Source: Candidatus Latescibacterota bacterium
Lineage (GTDB): Bacteria; Latescibacterota; UBA2968
Length of the DNA: 64,000 nt
Direction of reading: 5' to 3'
Assembly: GCA_965116885.1 (NCBI GenBank)
Contig: OZ220741.1
Span: forward strand, 1,664,001-1,728,000
Made by a program: the position numbers and the translations under genes
Notes under the pieces: model-generated
The model's input: only the letters and a program-made list of their open reading frames with translations
Database searches by the model: none
Told to the model about the DNA's origin: nothing
Shown: in pieces, positions 28,869-38,655 of the stretch
Layout: each line of letters begins with the position of its first letter
Position numbering within the stretch: position 1 is the first letter of the stretch

Positions 28869-30102
28869 CGCGATCTCCTTCTTCGCCTAATTGCAATTCG
28901 TCCTCTTTAAACAAATGTCCCATCTTTTCTTGCTTGGTCCGCATATATGATAGGTTCCATTTGTTGACCTGAATGGCGACCGGGACGCGGTCAATAATTT
29001 CTATTCCATATGCTTCCAGGCCCACGCGCTTTGAGGGGTTATTGGTGATGAGTGCAACTTTTCTGATTCCCAAATCCGACAAAATTTGTGCGCCAATGCC
29101 GTAATCTCGGTCGTCCATCTTAAATCCGAGTTTCAAGTTGGCTTCTACGGTATCATATCCCTCTTCTTGCAGTTTGTACGCGTGTAATTTTGCCCGCAGG
29201 CCAATACCTCGTCCTTCCTGCCGCATGTACACCAGTGCTCCGCGTCCTTCTTTTTCAATCATCTCGAGTGCAGAGTGCAAATTTTTCTCGCAGTCACAGC
29301 GCAATGAGCCGAGTGAGTCGCCCGTCAGGCATTCGGAGTGCATCCGCACCATTACGGGTGTATCGCCGGAAAGGTCGCCTTTTACCAGTGCGACGTGTTC
29401 GCGTTCATCTACGTCGCTTTCATACAGGTGTAATTGAAATGTGCCAAATCGCGTGGGCATATCCACTTGCTCGACACAGCGCACCAGTTTTTCGGAACGG
29501 CGGCGATAGGCGATCAAATCGTGAATTGTCGTCACTTTCAAGCCAAATTGATCGGCAATTTCCAAAAGCTGTGGCAAACGTGCCATGGTGCCGTCTTCAT
29601 TCAGTATTTCACACAGTACACCGGCGGGATACAGGCCGGCCAAACGCGCCAGATCTATCGCAGCTTCTGTGTGTCCCGCACGTCGCAAAACCCCGCCGGG
29701 CATTGCGCGCAGTGGAAAAATGTGACCTGGCCTGCCAAAATTCTCAGACCGCGATTTGGGATCTACAAATTGTCGAATGGTTTCCGCGCGATCCTGTGCG
29801 GAAATACCGGTCGTTACACCGTAGAGCGCGTCAATACTCACGGTGAAGGGCGTACCGTGAAGTGCTGTGTTGGTATTGACCATCATGTCCAGGTCGAGTT
29901 CTTTGAGGCGGTCGGGCGTTGCGGGCAAACAGACCAGTCCGCGTCCATGGCGCGCCATAAAATTAATGGCTTCAGATGTTACTTTTTCCGCGGCCATAAT
30001 GAAGTCGCCTTCATTTTCCCGGTCTTCGTCATCAACGACAATGACGATTTTTCCCGCTCGAATATCTTCGAGGGCTTCTTCTATTGTTGCGATTTTGCCC
30101 AT
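28852..30102 (-). CDS. ribBA: Bifunctional DHBP synthase / GTP cyclohydrolase II
   Basis: [53 protein letters not shown]. Confidence 0.98.
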   Translation of the reverse strand: MGKIATIEEALEDIRAGKIVIVVDDEDRENEGDFIMAAEKVTSEAINFMARHGRGLVCLPATPDRLKELDLDMMVNTNTALHGTPFTVSIDALYGVTTGISAQDRAETIRQFVDPKSRSENFGRPGHIFPLRAMPGGVLRRAGHTEAAIDLARLAGLYPAGVLCEILNEDGTMARLPQLLEIADQFGLKVTTIHDLIAYRRRSEKLVRCVEQVDMPTRFGTFQLHLYESDVDEREHVALVKGDLSGDTPVMVRMHSECLTGDSLGSLRCDCEKNLHSALEMIEKEGRGALVYMRQEGRGIGLRAKLHAYKLQEEGYDTVEANLKLGFKMDDRDYGIGAQILSDLGIRKVALITNNPSKRVGLEAYGIEIIDRVPVAIQVNKWNLSYMRTKQEKMGHLFKEDELQLGEEGDRDAQSL

Positions 30103-30116
30103 ATATAATCTCCCCG

Positions 30117-30201
30117 CGAATCAACGAATCGACGAACCCGCCTATCCTCCCCAAACCAGTATTTATCTCTATTCGTCTATTCGTCTATTCGTCTATTCGT
30201 C
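30117..30201. repeat. Inverted pair of 8-bp repeat arrays
   Basis: CGAATCAACGAATCGACGAA..spacer..(TCTATTCG)x4; contains the ribE stop codon. Confidence 0.8.
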
Positions 30202-30840
30202 CACGCTCATTATCTCCCGAATGCGATCTTCTGTGAGCTTATCTTTATCATTCCCAAGTTGCACCAAACGCTCCAGATAGCGCGCGATCATATCCACTTC
30301 GATATTTACCCGGTCACCCGGATATTTTTCCGACAATGTCGTCACTTTTAATGTGTGCGGAATTGCCGCAACTGAAAAGGTACGATCGGTTACTGAAACC
30401 ACTGTCAGGCTGATTCCGTTGACGGTGACAGAGCCTTTTTGGGCAATATAAGGAGCCAACTCTGACGGTACTTCAAACTCAAATACAATTTGATCGGGGG
30501 ATTCCGTGCGGTCTGTTACGCGCCCCACGCCATCTACGTGTGCGGCAACGAGATGGCCGTCGAGGCGGTCGCCGAGTTTTAATGACCGCTCCAGATTGAC
30601 GCGGTTGCCCACGCGGCAATCACCCAGGGTCGTTCTTTGCAGTGTTTCTGCCACGGATTCGATTACAAATGTGTCGGCATCAAAATGTACGACGGTATGA
30701 CACGCACCTTCGATGGCAATGCTGTCACCTATTTTCACGCCATTGATCACGTGCTTCGCCGCTATGGTTGTGCGCTGATAACCCGCGCGCGATTCAATAT
30801 GCCGAATTGTTCCCACTTCTTCTACAATGCCGGTAAACAT
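30193..30840 (-). CDS. ribE: Riboflavin synthase (alpha chain)
   Basis: MFTGIVEE N-terminus, [31 protein letters not shown]. Confidence 0.98.
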   Translation of the reverse strand: MFTGIVEEVGTIRHIESRAGYQRTTIAAKHVINGVKIGDSIAIEGACHTVVHFDADTFVIESVAETLQRTTLGDCRVGNRVNLERSLKLGDRLDGHLVAAHVDGVGRVTDRTESPDQIVFEFEVPSELAPYIAQKGSVTVNGISLTVVSVTDRTFSVAAIPHTLKVTTLSEKYPGDRVNIEVDMIARYLERLVQLGNDKDKLTEDRIREIMSVDE

Positions 30841-31538
30841 GGTTGCTCAGATTTTTTGGATGATTTTTTCACGCGAGCAGTGAACAGAAAATCATCGTCG
30901 ATGGATTCGACTTTCACATTTTCAAGTGCAATCGCATCAGTTATTGAAGCAATATCTAAGGATCCGATTGCGGGTATTCCCGCGCCCAGTATTTTGGGCG
31001 CGACAAATGCGGCTATCCGATCTACCAGGCTCAGGCGCAATGCCGATGCAGCCACGCGACTGCCGCCTTCGATCAGGATGTATTGCAATCCCACCTGAGC
31101 GGCTTTTTGCAAGACTGCCTTCAAATTAATTTGGCCATTCAGTATTGGCAATTGCCAGATCTGTGCGCCTTTTTTTTTACGTTCTTCTACTCGTTTTTTG
31201 CACACCTCTTCAGCGGTTGCTATAATCAGGGGTGCTCCGCTAAAAATGTTGGCGTTTAATCCGATTTTTAGCTGAGAATCCAGAACGATTTTTGTCGGGC
31301 TGCATCCATCGACATATCGCACGGACAATTTCGGATCATCAGCCATCACTGTGCCGCGTCCGACCAAAATCGCGTCGGCCTCTGCGCGAAGTTGATGCCC
31401 GCGCACCCGCGATGTTTTTGATGTGATCCATTTCGAGTCGCCCGTGCAGGTGGCGATGTTGCCGTCCAGTGTTTGCGCCAGCTTTAAGGTGACAAAAGGC
31501 AATCCGGTTGATCGATATTTGGTTTCGAATTCGTTCAT
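30822..31538 (-). CDS. ribD: RibD reductase domain only (no deaminase domain)
   Basis: PFVTLKLAQTLDG..SKWIT..HQLRAEADAILVG, ILIEGG, FVAPKILG; lacks HAE and PCxH..PC zinc motifs. Confidence 0.85.
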   Translation of the reverse strand: MNEFETKYRSTGLPFVTLKLAQTLDGNIATCTGDSKWITSKTSRVRGHQLRAEADAILVGRGTVMADDPKLSVRYVDGCSPTKIVLDSQLKIGLNANIFSGAPLIIATAEEVCKKRVEERKKKGAQIWQLPILNGQINLKAVLQKAAQVGLQYILIEGGSRVAASALRLSLVDRIAAFVAPKILGAGIPAIGSLDIASITDAIALENVKVESIDDDFLFTARVKKSSKKSEQPCLPAL

Positions 31539-33559
31539 TATTTCACTTCAAAAACGGTTTTTCCAACCCCCACGTTGCCCAGTGCATCTTCCGCTTTCAC
31601 TACGAGTGTATAAGAGCCAGTTTTCAGATTTTGAATGGAAAAATTCAGTGTCTCTGTCGGCGAATCAAATATCTGGTCTGTGGGGAAGACTACCTTCCAA
31701 TCGTCGGAGTTGAGTGAGTACGCTGCCTTGTGAATTGCAGTGGCAGCGTCCTGGATTGAACCGGTTACGCTTATGTTTTTGTCGATCTGCCTTATGTCGT
31801 GCAACTGCACAGTTGGTGCCGAATTATCAATATCAAAGGGCGCACTGATCGCCTCGGCTGTTAATCCGACGGGATTGTCCAATCGGTCTGATGCTACGAC
31901 CTTAACTTCGACTGTGCCATCGGGAACAGCTTGGGTGTGCCAAAAATAATGTGAGGTCTTCAAATCGTCTTTTAACAGCCGCCAGTGCGATTCGCCAATA
32001 CTTCTAAAATACAGGGTATAAATCAAGGTATCGTCGTTGGCATCACCGGCAGTCCAATCAATTTTCCACATGCCTTTTTCCATAAATTCCGGATTTTCAC
32101 CTTCGTTGCCAGACAGATCGGCCTCGGCTTTAACCCTTAATATTCTGGGATGAACATTGTCTTGCAAGCCCGCGAGTTTGATAAAACGCACCAGAGGTGT
32201 CGCATTTTCTGATTGTGTCTTCAAAACCAACCGATATTGCAAAAAGCGCCCAGGGCGACTGGTAATGGGTTTTCCCGATGTGGTGATTGGCTCTGACCAC
32301 GCGCTCCATGTATCATCGGGTTCTTCGCTATTGCCGGATCGCGTTTGAACAGCGACTGATGTTTTTGCTGGTGTTTCGCTTTGCCATGATACGCGCCCCC
32401 AATGCGATACCCGATCAAAATCCTGTGGTTCAGAAGTGAGTTGCCCTTCTCTGACAAATTCTTTTTTTATTCGATAAATTTCACCGGATCCACTGCATCC
32501 AATCCACAGTGCATTGTTGTGCGCGGCAGCCATAACCCAGGGATTCACATCTTTTAATACTGTGAGCAAAGTGGCGTTGCCATCGGGCCAAACGCGATGT
32601 ACGCGGCCGTGTTTTCCCGTGACTACTGTTACTGTTCCATTGGCATTAATTACAGAATCTAACAACATCGGATCATTCGTATTCCACAGTCGCATTGCCA
32701 ATCCCGAAGGTTGGATCGCATACAGTGTTGCACCGGATTGATCTGATCCTTTTTGCTCTCTCCCATTTCCTTCTGTTCGACCGCTTTGCGCCATCGCTGT
32801 TGCGTAAATTGTGCCATTGGGCATTACACTCAGCGAGTGAATCTCTTTTTCCCGGGCATCGTAAAGCACATCTGTACCACCCTGATCGCGCACCCGATAA
32901 ATCAGGCCGCTGTTGTCTGTGCCCGCATAAATTTCGCCTTGAGCACCTATCGCGAGCGATACCACATTGGGGTCCTTGCTCGCGTACAGTGCGACGACTT
33001 TGCCCTGTTTGTCAATTTTCAAAACGCGCCCGCGGTCGCCGCCTGTACCCGCGTATAATCCACCGCCCGGACGTGCGACTATTGCAAATACATGGCGATC
33101 ACCTGTCTGACAAAATTCCGTGGGTTCTCGCCCTGGTGCGATGCGATAAATCAGCCCGTCTGGCGATGTGCCTGCATAGAGCGCGCCATCTATACCAATG
33201 GCGAGGCTAAATATGTGAACTTCAGGGGAATCAAATAACAATTCTGCCCGATCGCTGTCGGGCTTGAGCATGTAGATTCGACCTTCGTTGCCGGTTCCGA
33301 TGTACAGGGTTTTGTTTTTATCTACTGATAGTGCCCACACAAAGTCTTCACCTGTATCTGCTACCCATTTATAAGATGGTGCTAACGTCACTGTGCCTTC
33401 CCGCGTGAGCGACACGCCATCGGGTTCTCCTTTCAGGAAAGCCGTCTGTGAATCTTCTCGCCAAATTTTGGGCGACACTGCGTTTGCGATTGTTCCAAGG
33501 AGGACAAAAAGCAGCACATGTGTCATCCCCGATCTCAATATTCTATCTTTTTTCTTCAC
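31538..33559 (-). CDS. Secreted beta-propeller (WD40/NHL-like) protein with C-terminal Ig/FN3-like domains
   Basis: Repeated LYAGT..G.IYRI blades; QTRSGNSEEPDDTWSAWS; RFLQYRLVL; signal peptide; start uncertain (33589/33559/33526). Confidence 0.75.
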   Translation of the reverse strand: MKKKDRILRSGMTHVLLFVLLGTIANAVSPKIWREDSQTAFLKGEPDGVSLTREGTVTLAPSYKWVADTGEDFVWALSVDKNKTLYIGTGNEGRIYMLKPDSDRAELLFDSPEVHIFSLAIGIDGALYAGTSPDGLIYRIAPGREPTEFCQTGDRHVFAIVARPGGGLYAGTGGDRGRVLKIDKQGKVVALYASKDPNVVSLAIGAQGEIYAGTDNSGLIYRVRDQGGTDVLYDAREKEIHSLSVMPNGTIYATAMAQSGRTEGNGREQKGSDQSGATLYAIQPSGLAMRLWNTNDPMLLDSVINANGTVTVVTGKHGRVHRVWPDGNATLLTVLKDVNPWVMAAAHNNALWIGCSGSGEIYRIKKEFVREGQLTSEPQDFDRVSHWGRVSWQSETPAKTSVAVQTRSGNSEEPDDTWSAWSEPITTSGKPITSRPGRFLQYRLVLKTQSENATPLVRFIKLAGLQDNVHPRILRVKAEADLSGNEGENPEFMEKGMWKIDWTAGDANDDTLIYTLYFRSIGESHWRLLKDDLKTSHYFWHTQAVPDGTVEVKVVASDRLDNPVGLTAEAISAPFDIDNSAPTVQLHDIRQIDKNISVTGSIQDAATAIHKAAYSLNSDDWKVVFPTDQIFDSPTETLNFSIQNLKTGSYTLVVKAEDALGNVGVGKTVFEVK

Positions 33560-35315
33560 CCGAACCTCTCCTGCCTGAAAAAGTTGCACTACCGTCTTTG
33601 CCCACGACCAGAAGTGCCGTTTGATTGCCGGTCAAGACATAGTTAGTCCGTACGTGTTTTTGGCTATATACCGACTGCTGTGATTTTTGCACGACATCTG
33701 ATCCGCGCGCCAGCGATAGTGCTGAGAGAACCGACGTGGGCAATCCAGAAATTTCGCGTCCGCCCATTGTCACGCCGGGGCGGGAAGCGATAAATCGCGC
33801 AACGAGTACATCATTGCGTCCCGATTTCTGGATCAGATCAATCAGTTCTTCCAGTGTTTTGGGTTGATATGCGGTGCGTTTTATATCTTGTGACTGCTGT
33901 TGTCGCTCATTCACAACCTGCAATATCAAACGCCCCGGTGTTATAAACTCGGGGATTGGCAGGGCAACATCTACGATTTCGCGCTTGTCCAGCAATGGAG
34001 ATAGGGCAACAGAGACATGTACTGTATCGCCCGGTTCGTATTGCAAACGATCCAATCGCAGCCCCTCAATACGGGCACTTTGGGCGCGTTCCTCAACGGA
34101 TAATTGAAATACAGCCGAGTCTATATTGGCTTCGACAAAAGGATTCTGAATCACTTGTGAAAGGGGTTGTGTTAAGCCCAGCACCGCCAGCCCAAGCCCC
34201 TGAGCACCTGCGTATTTATTTTTTAGAATCACGGGTTCGCGTTTGGGCATGTGCAATGTCAATTGTCCTGCTACAGTGGTTTCACCCGTCAATTTTTCAG
34301 CGGAGATAACGGAGGTTGCTACAGCCATCCGCACCAGTAACGGTCCCAATTCTCTGTGGCGAAATACCTCCATATTAAACGAAGCGTCGTGGTCGGGAGA
34401 TACGACAGAGATACGCACGGGCATCATTTCTGCTTCAGATCCTATCAAGCCAGCAATGCCCGGTGCGCGGTCTTGCAAGATCACACCGATATGTTGCGAT
34501 GCAGTGCCCACCTTAAACGAAAGCATCTGGCTGGAGATTACTTCGTGAATAAATGCTGCGGTCATAGACATGGCCGTGCGGCCACCAAATAACAGGGGAT
34601 GACCAAACCCCACGACTTTATTGCCCACGCGATGCGTCAGCGTGCCGATGCCCGTGACACTGAGGTCGCCCCGAACCAATTGCACGCCCAGAGGTGCGCC
34701 CGGTTCAAATGGACCGACAGACAGGGATGGGTCTGTTCCTCCTCCACCCTGCATGGGCAACAGGCCGTATTTTGACAGTTTTTCGCGAAATTCCGCAACG
34801 ACTTGCGGGGCAAATCCCGAAAGCATCAAAGGTACAGCCACGGGTTTTAGCACACCGCCGTGTACACCTGCTATTTGTCCATCCCAGGGCGCGGATCCAA
34901 ATGTCGCGCTCGACATGGTATCCCGCGATGCGCGCTGGAGTACCGTCATCATCTCGCCAATTGGCGTGATCCCCGCGATTGGCTCTTCGGCGAATGCACC
35001 AATGCTGTAGCCGACTGCGCCGACGAGTTTGCCTTCGATATATACCGGGCTGCCACTCATGCCGGCGATGACGCCGGTTTGCGCCATGGGACCGCCGGAC
35101 AGACGAGCGAGAATCATATCGCTTTTTGGACCAAATACATTGCGTAAGACACCTAATACTTCAACGCCAAATGTATCGATGCGGGTGCCTTGAAATACCG
35201 TGCGCCCCACGCCTTTCATGCCGCGCTGGATATCATCTACGGACATGTACAACTCGGCACTGGTTGATCCATGTAGCATGCAGATCGTTAAAAATGTCAA
35301 AAATCGAGAAAGCAT
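33543..35315 (-). CDS. SpoIVB-like peptidase S55 domain protein
   Basis: G.G.TVFQGT, GVIAGMSGSPVYIEGKLVGAV catalytic Ser motif, GFGHP; signal peptide. Confidence 0.88.
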   Translation of the reverse strand: MLSRFLTFLTICMLHGSTSAELYMSVDDIQRGMKGVGRTVFQGTRIDTFGVEVLGVLRNVFGPKSDMILARLSGGPMAQTGVIAGMSGSPVYIEGKLVGAVGYSIGAFAEEPIAGITPIGEMMTVLQRASRDTMSSATFGSAPWDGQIAGVHGGVLKPVAVPLMLSGFAPQVVAEFREKLSKYGLLPMQGGGGTDPSLSVGPFEPGAPLGVQLVRGDLSVTGIGTLTHRVGNKVVGFGHPLLFGGRTAMSMTAAFIHEVISSQMLSFKVGTASQHIGVILQDRAPGIAGLIGSEAEMMPVRISVVSPDHDASFNMEVFRHRELGPLLVRMAVATSVISAEKLTGETTVAGQLTLHMPKREPVILKNKYAGAQGLGLAVLGLTQPLSQVIQNPFVEANIDSAVFQLSVEERAQSARIEGLRLDRLQYEPGDTVHVSVALSPLLDKREIVDVALPIPEFITPGRLILQVVNERQQQSQDIKRTAYQPKTLEELIDLIQKSGRNDVLVARFIASRPGVTMGGREISGLPTSVLSALSLARGSDVVQKSQQSVYSQKHVRTNYVLTGNQTALLVVGKDGSATFSGRRGSGEEKR

Positions 35316-35426
35316 GCGTTCACTTCCGAGTAGAAGGGGGTGAGAGAAAATTTTTGCATTCTGATATTATACCGTTTTTTGGGGCGGTGAACAAGTTTCT
35401 TGTAAAACATATCTAATCTGTGTATA

Positions 35427-35906
35427 ATGACAAATATGCAGATCACTTTGCTCACTGTGGGTAAGTTCAAAGACGCGTGTTATCGGGATGCCGCACAAAA
35501 TTATATCAAGCGGCTGCAACACTACGTCGCTTATGATGAGATTGAAGTGCGCGAAGAGCGCGCGGGCAAAAATGCCCGTGTGTCTGATATTATCGAGAAA
35601 GAAGGCCACCGCCTTTTAAGCGCGCTGCATCCAGATGCTACTGTGGTTGCTCTCGGGCCTTCTGGCAAATTGTGTCGTTCTGAAGCCTTAGCCAAACGCT
35701 TGAACCATTTGCGTGTACAAAGAAAAAACCGCCTCGTTTTTCTCATTGGCGGCCCTTTTGGGCTTGCATCTCGAGTTTTGTCGCGTGCAGATTGGCATCT
35801 GTCACTTTCACCTATGACTTTTCCGCACGAATTGGCGCGTGTGATCTTGCTCGAGCAACTCTATCGCGCCTTTACGATTATCAGAGGTGAAAATTACCAC
35901 AAGTGA
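35427..35906 (+). CDS. rlmH: 23S rRNA pseudouridine1915-N3 methyltransferase RlmH
   Basis: ITLLTVGK, FLIGGPFG, LSLSPMTFPHELARVILLEQLYRAFTIIRGENYHK. Confidence 0.97.
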   Translation: MTNMQITLLTVGKFKDACYRDAAQNYIKRLQHYVAYDEIEVREERAGKNARVSDIIEKEGHRLLSALHPDATVVALGPSGKLCRSEALAKRLNHLRVQRKNRLVFLIGGPFGLASRVLSRADWHLSLSPMTFPHELARVILLEQLYRAFTIIRGENYHK

Positions 35907-35913
35907 AAAAGCG

Positions 35914-36003
35914 CGAATAGACGAATAGACGAATAGACGAACCCCGCTCCACCACCCAAAATCACTAAAGACTTCGATTCGTAGATTCGCTGATTCACTA
36001 ATC
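35914..36003. repeat. Inverted pair of 8-bp repeat arrays
   Basis: (CGAATAGA)x3 then CGAACCCCGCTCCACCACC, then inverted GATTCG-type units. Confidence 0.8.
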
Positions 36004-36005
36004 AG

Positions 36006-36277
36006 CCCGGGGGCAAACGACTCACACAGCCTGGGAGAGATGATTCCGCCGAGAATCCGGCTACGTTGAGTCAACTCGCCCCCGGGTTTTTAACATGTCA
36101 AAACCAAATAAGGGTAAGTCAGTAATGGCGAGTTCGCTTATTCAGAGTACTACAGTGGGAATTGGAATGGGGGAGTTCAGATAAGCAATTCAACACTTAG
36201 ATGACTGGGAAAATCCGATGGGGAATCGGTGTCACCTTACACAACTTGGGGGATTGACGAGTCTTTACCACAAGAAC
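36006..36277 (-). ncRNA. Candidate small non-coding RNA (family not recognised)
   Basis: Promoter TTGACT-17-TATCTT at 36312-36284 with no convincing ORF downstream; C-rich hairpin loops; ends in an ~82-nt GC-clamped hairpin. Confidence 0.4.
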
Positions 36278-36283
36278 GGGCTT

Positions 36284-36312
36284 AAGATAAGCCATTGTTT
36301 TTTTTAAGTCAA
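36284..36312 (-). promoter_or_regulatory. Sigma70-type promoter
   Basis: TTGACT-17 nt-TATCTT with A-rich UP-like sequence upstream. Confidence 0.55.
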
Positions 36313-36485
36313 GAGTAGTTTTTTTTATATTTGATATGAGCCAGATATTGTGTGTTGCATCATTATGCCCACAGCCTAATGTGGTCCAGATACTTCTCTT
36401 ACCTTCAGATCGATCAGGTTCAGATTGTGTGGTTGGTCTAAGAGAAACATACGTTTGTAAAAATACAAGCGATGAATCGCATATC

Positions 36486-37763
36486 TTATCTTTTAAATAA
36501 TCGCGTGTACACGGTCGGTTCTTCAAAAATCCCTCCGCTTTGATCGTAGTAGGTCTCATCTAACACATAAGCACCACCTCTGGGTCGCAACCACGATGCA
36601 TTGGGCACGGGATATTCCGAGAGCATGCGATTCCAGGTGCCGTAATTTTCCGGGCCGTTGGATTCCATTAATCCCCCTTTCACACCGGGAAATGCGGGCA
36701 ATCGCGTAGCTACGTTTTTGTTCCATTCCACCAGCACGGGCACACACGCATTATCCGCTACAAAACACGGCACATTAGATAGTGTTGCTGTTTCGATCAT
36801 GCGAAAAGCCAATGACAGGGTTTTACCCGCGGGTTTGATCGCCATAGCACCGTATCCCTGCTCCAATCGGGTGTGTACATCTGCAACAGTTTCGATGCTT
36901 TCATCCCCTGCAAAACGCGCAGGTAAGCCGTGTACATCGATATCTGCTGGGCGGGAAAAGGGTTCTTCAATCAGGACAATGCGATCCAGAATACCTTCTT
37001 TTTTTGCATGGTCCAATAAGCGCGCCATGCTGTTTTTTTCGCCATAACGACCATTGGCATCGAGATAATAGAGCACATGGCCCGAATTGGTCATTTCCGT
37101 TTCGTACTGAGATGCCAGACTGTGAACCCGAGACAGGCAGGCCATGTCTTTTTTTACCATTTCCGTTTCATCTCCCGGATGCCCAATTTTGATTTTTAGT
37201 ATGTACGCCCCGCTATCTAAAATCGCCTGTAATTCATCTATGGGCAGGGTATAACTCACTGCCGGTACAAGCGCGACATGCGATTGACGATGGGATAAAA
37301 ATGAGCGAAATTTTTCTGGGATTAAGGCGTCGAATGCCGCCAATCCCATCCGTTTTGCATGCAAAATCCATGCGGCGTTGTCCAGTGCTACCAGCGCAAT
37401 CAGTGCAAATGTTCGGCGCAAATCCCCATGGCCTGTAATGGCTTTGGCATAAGAAAAGACATCGTTTTCAACGGCGTCAAATAATGCCATCGGGTCGGCA
37501 AATTCTTTTCCCTTGATTTGTTGTAGTGAAAATTCCAGAAGAGATGCTTGAAGCAAATTGCCGCCCATTTCTGTATGTGCAGCAAATACGGCAGCGTCTG
37601 ACCACAGTACAGCCAAACCACCTATCCCAAAAGCCTCATACCCATCGGCATCTTTCAAACGCACGACGAGATTCCACTTTTCGTGAAAAGCCGATCCCTT
37701 AAAAGCAAATGGCCGCGCAAATGGTTCGCGCTGAATTTCTAAATCTGTTTCGACAATACGCAT
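36486..37763 (-). CDS. Enolase superfamily protein (L-Ala-D/L-Glu epimerase-like)
   Basis: LKIKIG (KxK), YLDANG, IEEPF, GDES, AIKP metal and catalytic motifs; ATG 37763. Confidence 0.85.
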   Translation of the reverse strand: MRIVETDLEIQREPFARPFAFKGSAFHEKWNLVVRLKDADGYEAFGIGGLAVLWSDAAVFAAHTEMGGNLLQASLLEFSLQQIKGKEFADPMALFDAVENDVFSYAKAITGHGDLRRTFALIALVALDNAAWILHAKRMGLAAFDALIPEKFRSFLSHRQSHVALVPAVSYTLPIDELQAILDSGAYILKIKIGHPGDETEMVKKDMACLSRVHSLASQYETEMTNSGHVLYYLDANGRYGEKNSMARLLDHAKKEGILDRIVLIEEPFSRPADIDVHGLPARFAGDESIETVADVHTRLEQGYGAMAIKPAGKTLSLAFRMIETATLSNVPCFVADNACVPVLVEWNKNVATRLPAFPGVKGGLMESNGPENYGTWNRMLSEYPVPNASWLRPRGGAYVLDETYYDQSGGIFEEPTVYTRLFKR

Positions 37764-37813
37764 TTGTTTGTATCCTTTGATAGGGGACGGTATTAATTCT
37801 TGTATCTTAAAGC

Positions 37814-37898
37814 GGGCGAGGCATGCCTCGCCCCTACATCTCACATCTTACCGCCTCTTGCCTTTTCATCTGTGTTCATCTGCGTCCATCTGCGGATG
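37814..37898 (-). repeat. Composite GTAG REP plus 10-bp repeat units
   Basis: Reverse complement: ATCCGCAGATGGACGCAGATGAACACAGAT..GTAGGGGCGAGGCATGCCTCGCCC. Confidence 0.75.
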
Positions 37899-37922
37899 CT
37901 TTTTCATTCACGGATAATACAC

Positions 37923-38552
37923 ATGCCCAATGCGATTTGCAAGCCCTATATAGTTGGTGTTGCCGGAGGCACCGGTGCGGGTAAGACCACACTGGCTCAC
38001 ATACTTTTAGAGCACCTCGGTGAAGATCGTGCGCTGCGGATTTCCCACGATGCGTATTATCGCGATTTCTCCCATATCCCGGCAGATCAGCGCGCGCAAA
38101 TTAATTTTGATCATCCCGATGTACTCGAAATAGATTTGCTGGTGCAACATCTTCAGGCACTATCCCGCGGGAGGACCGTATTGATACCAACTTATGATTT
38201 TACTACCCATTCCCGTTCTAATAGTACACTTGAGTTATGCCCTCGTCCCATTATTATTGTGGAAGGTATTCTCGTATTGGTCGAACAAATACTGCGCGAT
38301 GTCTTGAATTTGAAAATTTTTGTGGATACTCCGCCAGCTATTCGCTTGATTCGTCGCATCAACCGCGATGTCGATGAACGCGGACGCTCTCCCGAATCAG
38401 TTACCCTTCAATACCTCGAAACTGTGCGTCCCATGCACGATTCTTATGTCGAACCATCCCGAAAATATGCCGATCTTATCGTTTGCGGAGATCGCGATTT
38501 TACCATTGCTGCGGATTTGATTTTGGGGCATCTATGTACCCTGAAAAAATAA
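37923..38552 (+). CDS. udk: Uridine kinase
   Basis: GVAGGTGAGKTT, DAYYRD, NFDHPD, PTYDF..H, IIVEGIL, RDVDERGR, VRPMH..YVEPSRKYADLI. Confidence 0.96.
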   Translation: MPNAICKPYIVGVAGGTGAGKTTLAHILLEHLGEDRALRISHDAYYRDFSHIPADQRAQINFDHPDVLEIDLLVQHLQALSRGRTVLIPTYDFTTHSRSNSTLELCPRPIIIVEGILVLVEQILRDVLNLKIFVDTPPAIRLIRRINRDVDERGRSPESVTLQYLETVRPMHDSYVEPSRKYADLIVCGDRDFTIAADLILGHLCTLKK

Positions 38553-38553
38553 A

Positions 38554-38577
38554 GGGGAGATCTTTTGAGATCTCCCC
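38554..38577. terminator. Hairpin between convergent udk and porin genes
   Basis: GGGGAGATCT-N-AGATCTCCCC inverted repeat. Confidence 0.65.
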
Positions 38578-38655
38578 CACCTCGCCTGGTCGCACCTGAT
38601 TAACCACGCCACGAAGCAAACCAGAAATGCTGACCCGGGTCGAGAATTGAATAAC

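Noticed and set aside
35316..35426. FMN riboswitch upstream of the rib-containing operon
   Set aside because: No AGGGCGGGGTGAAATTCCC-like motif here, and no intergenic space directly before ribD.
36006..36087. Hairpin resembling SRP RNA or the RNase P 3' end (AGAGATGATT..AGAATCCGGCT)
   Set aside because: Lacks the SRP CAGG..GGAAGCAG motif and the RNase P GAGGAAAGTC motif, and is too short for RNase P; kept only as an unclassified ncRNA candidate.
36197..36559. 120-aa minus-strand ORF
   Set aside because: Overlaps the enolase-family gene end, runs through promoter sequence, and has no RBS or motifs.
37800..37922. N-terminal extensions of udk and the enolase-family ORF in the track
   Set aside because: They are translations of REP and 10-bp repeat DNA; real starts placed at 37923 and 37763.
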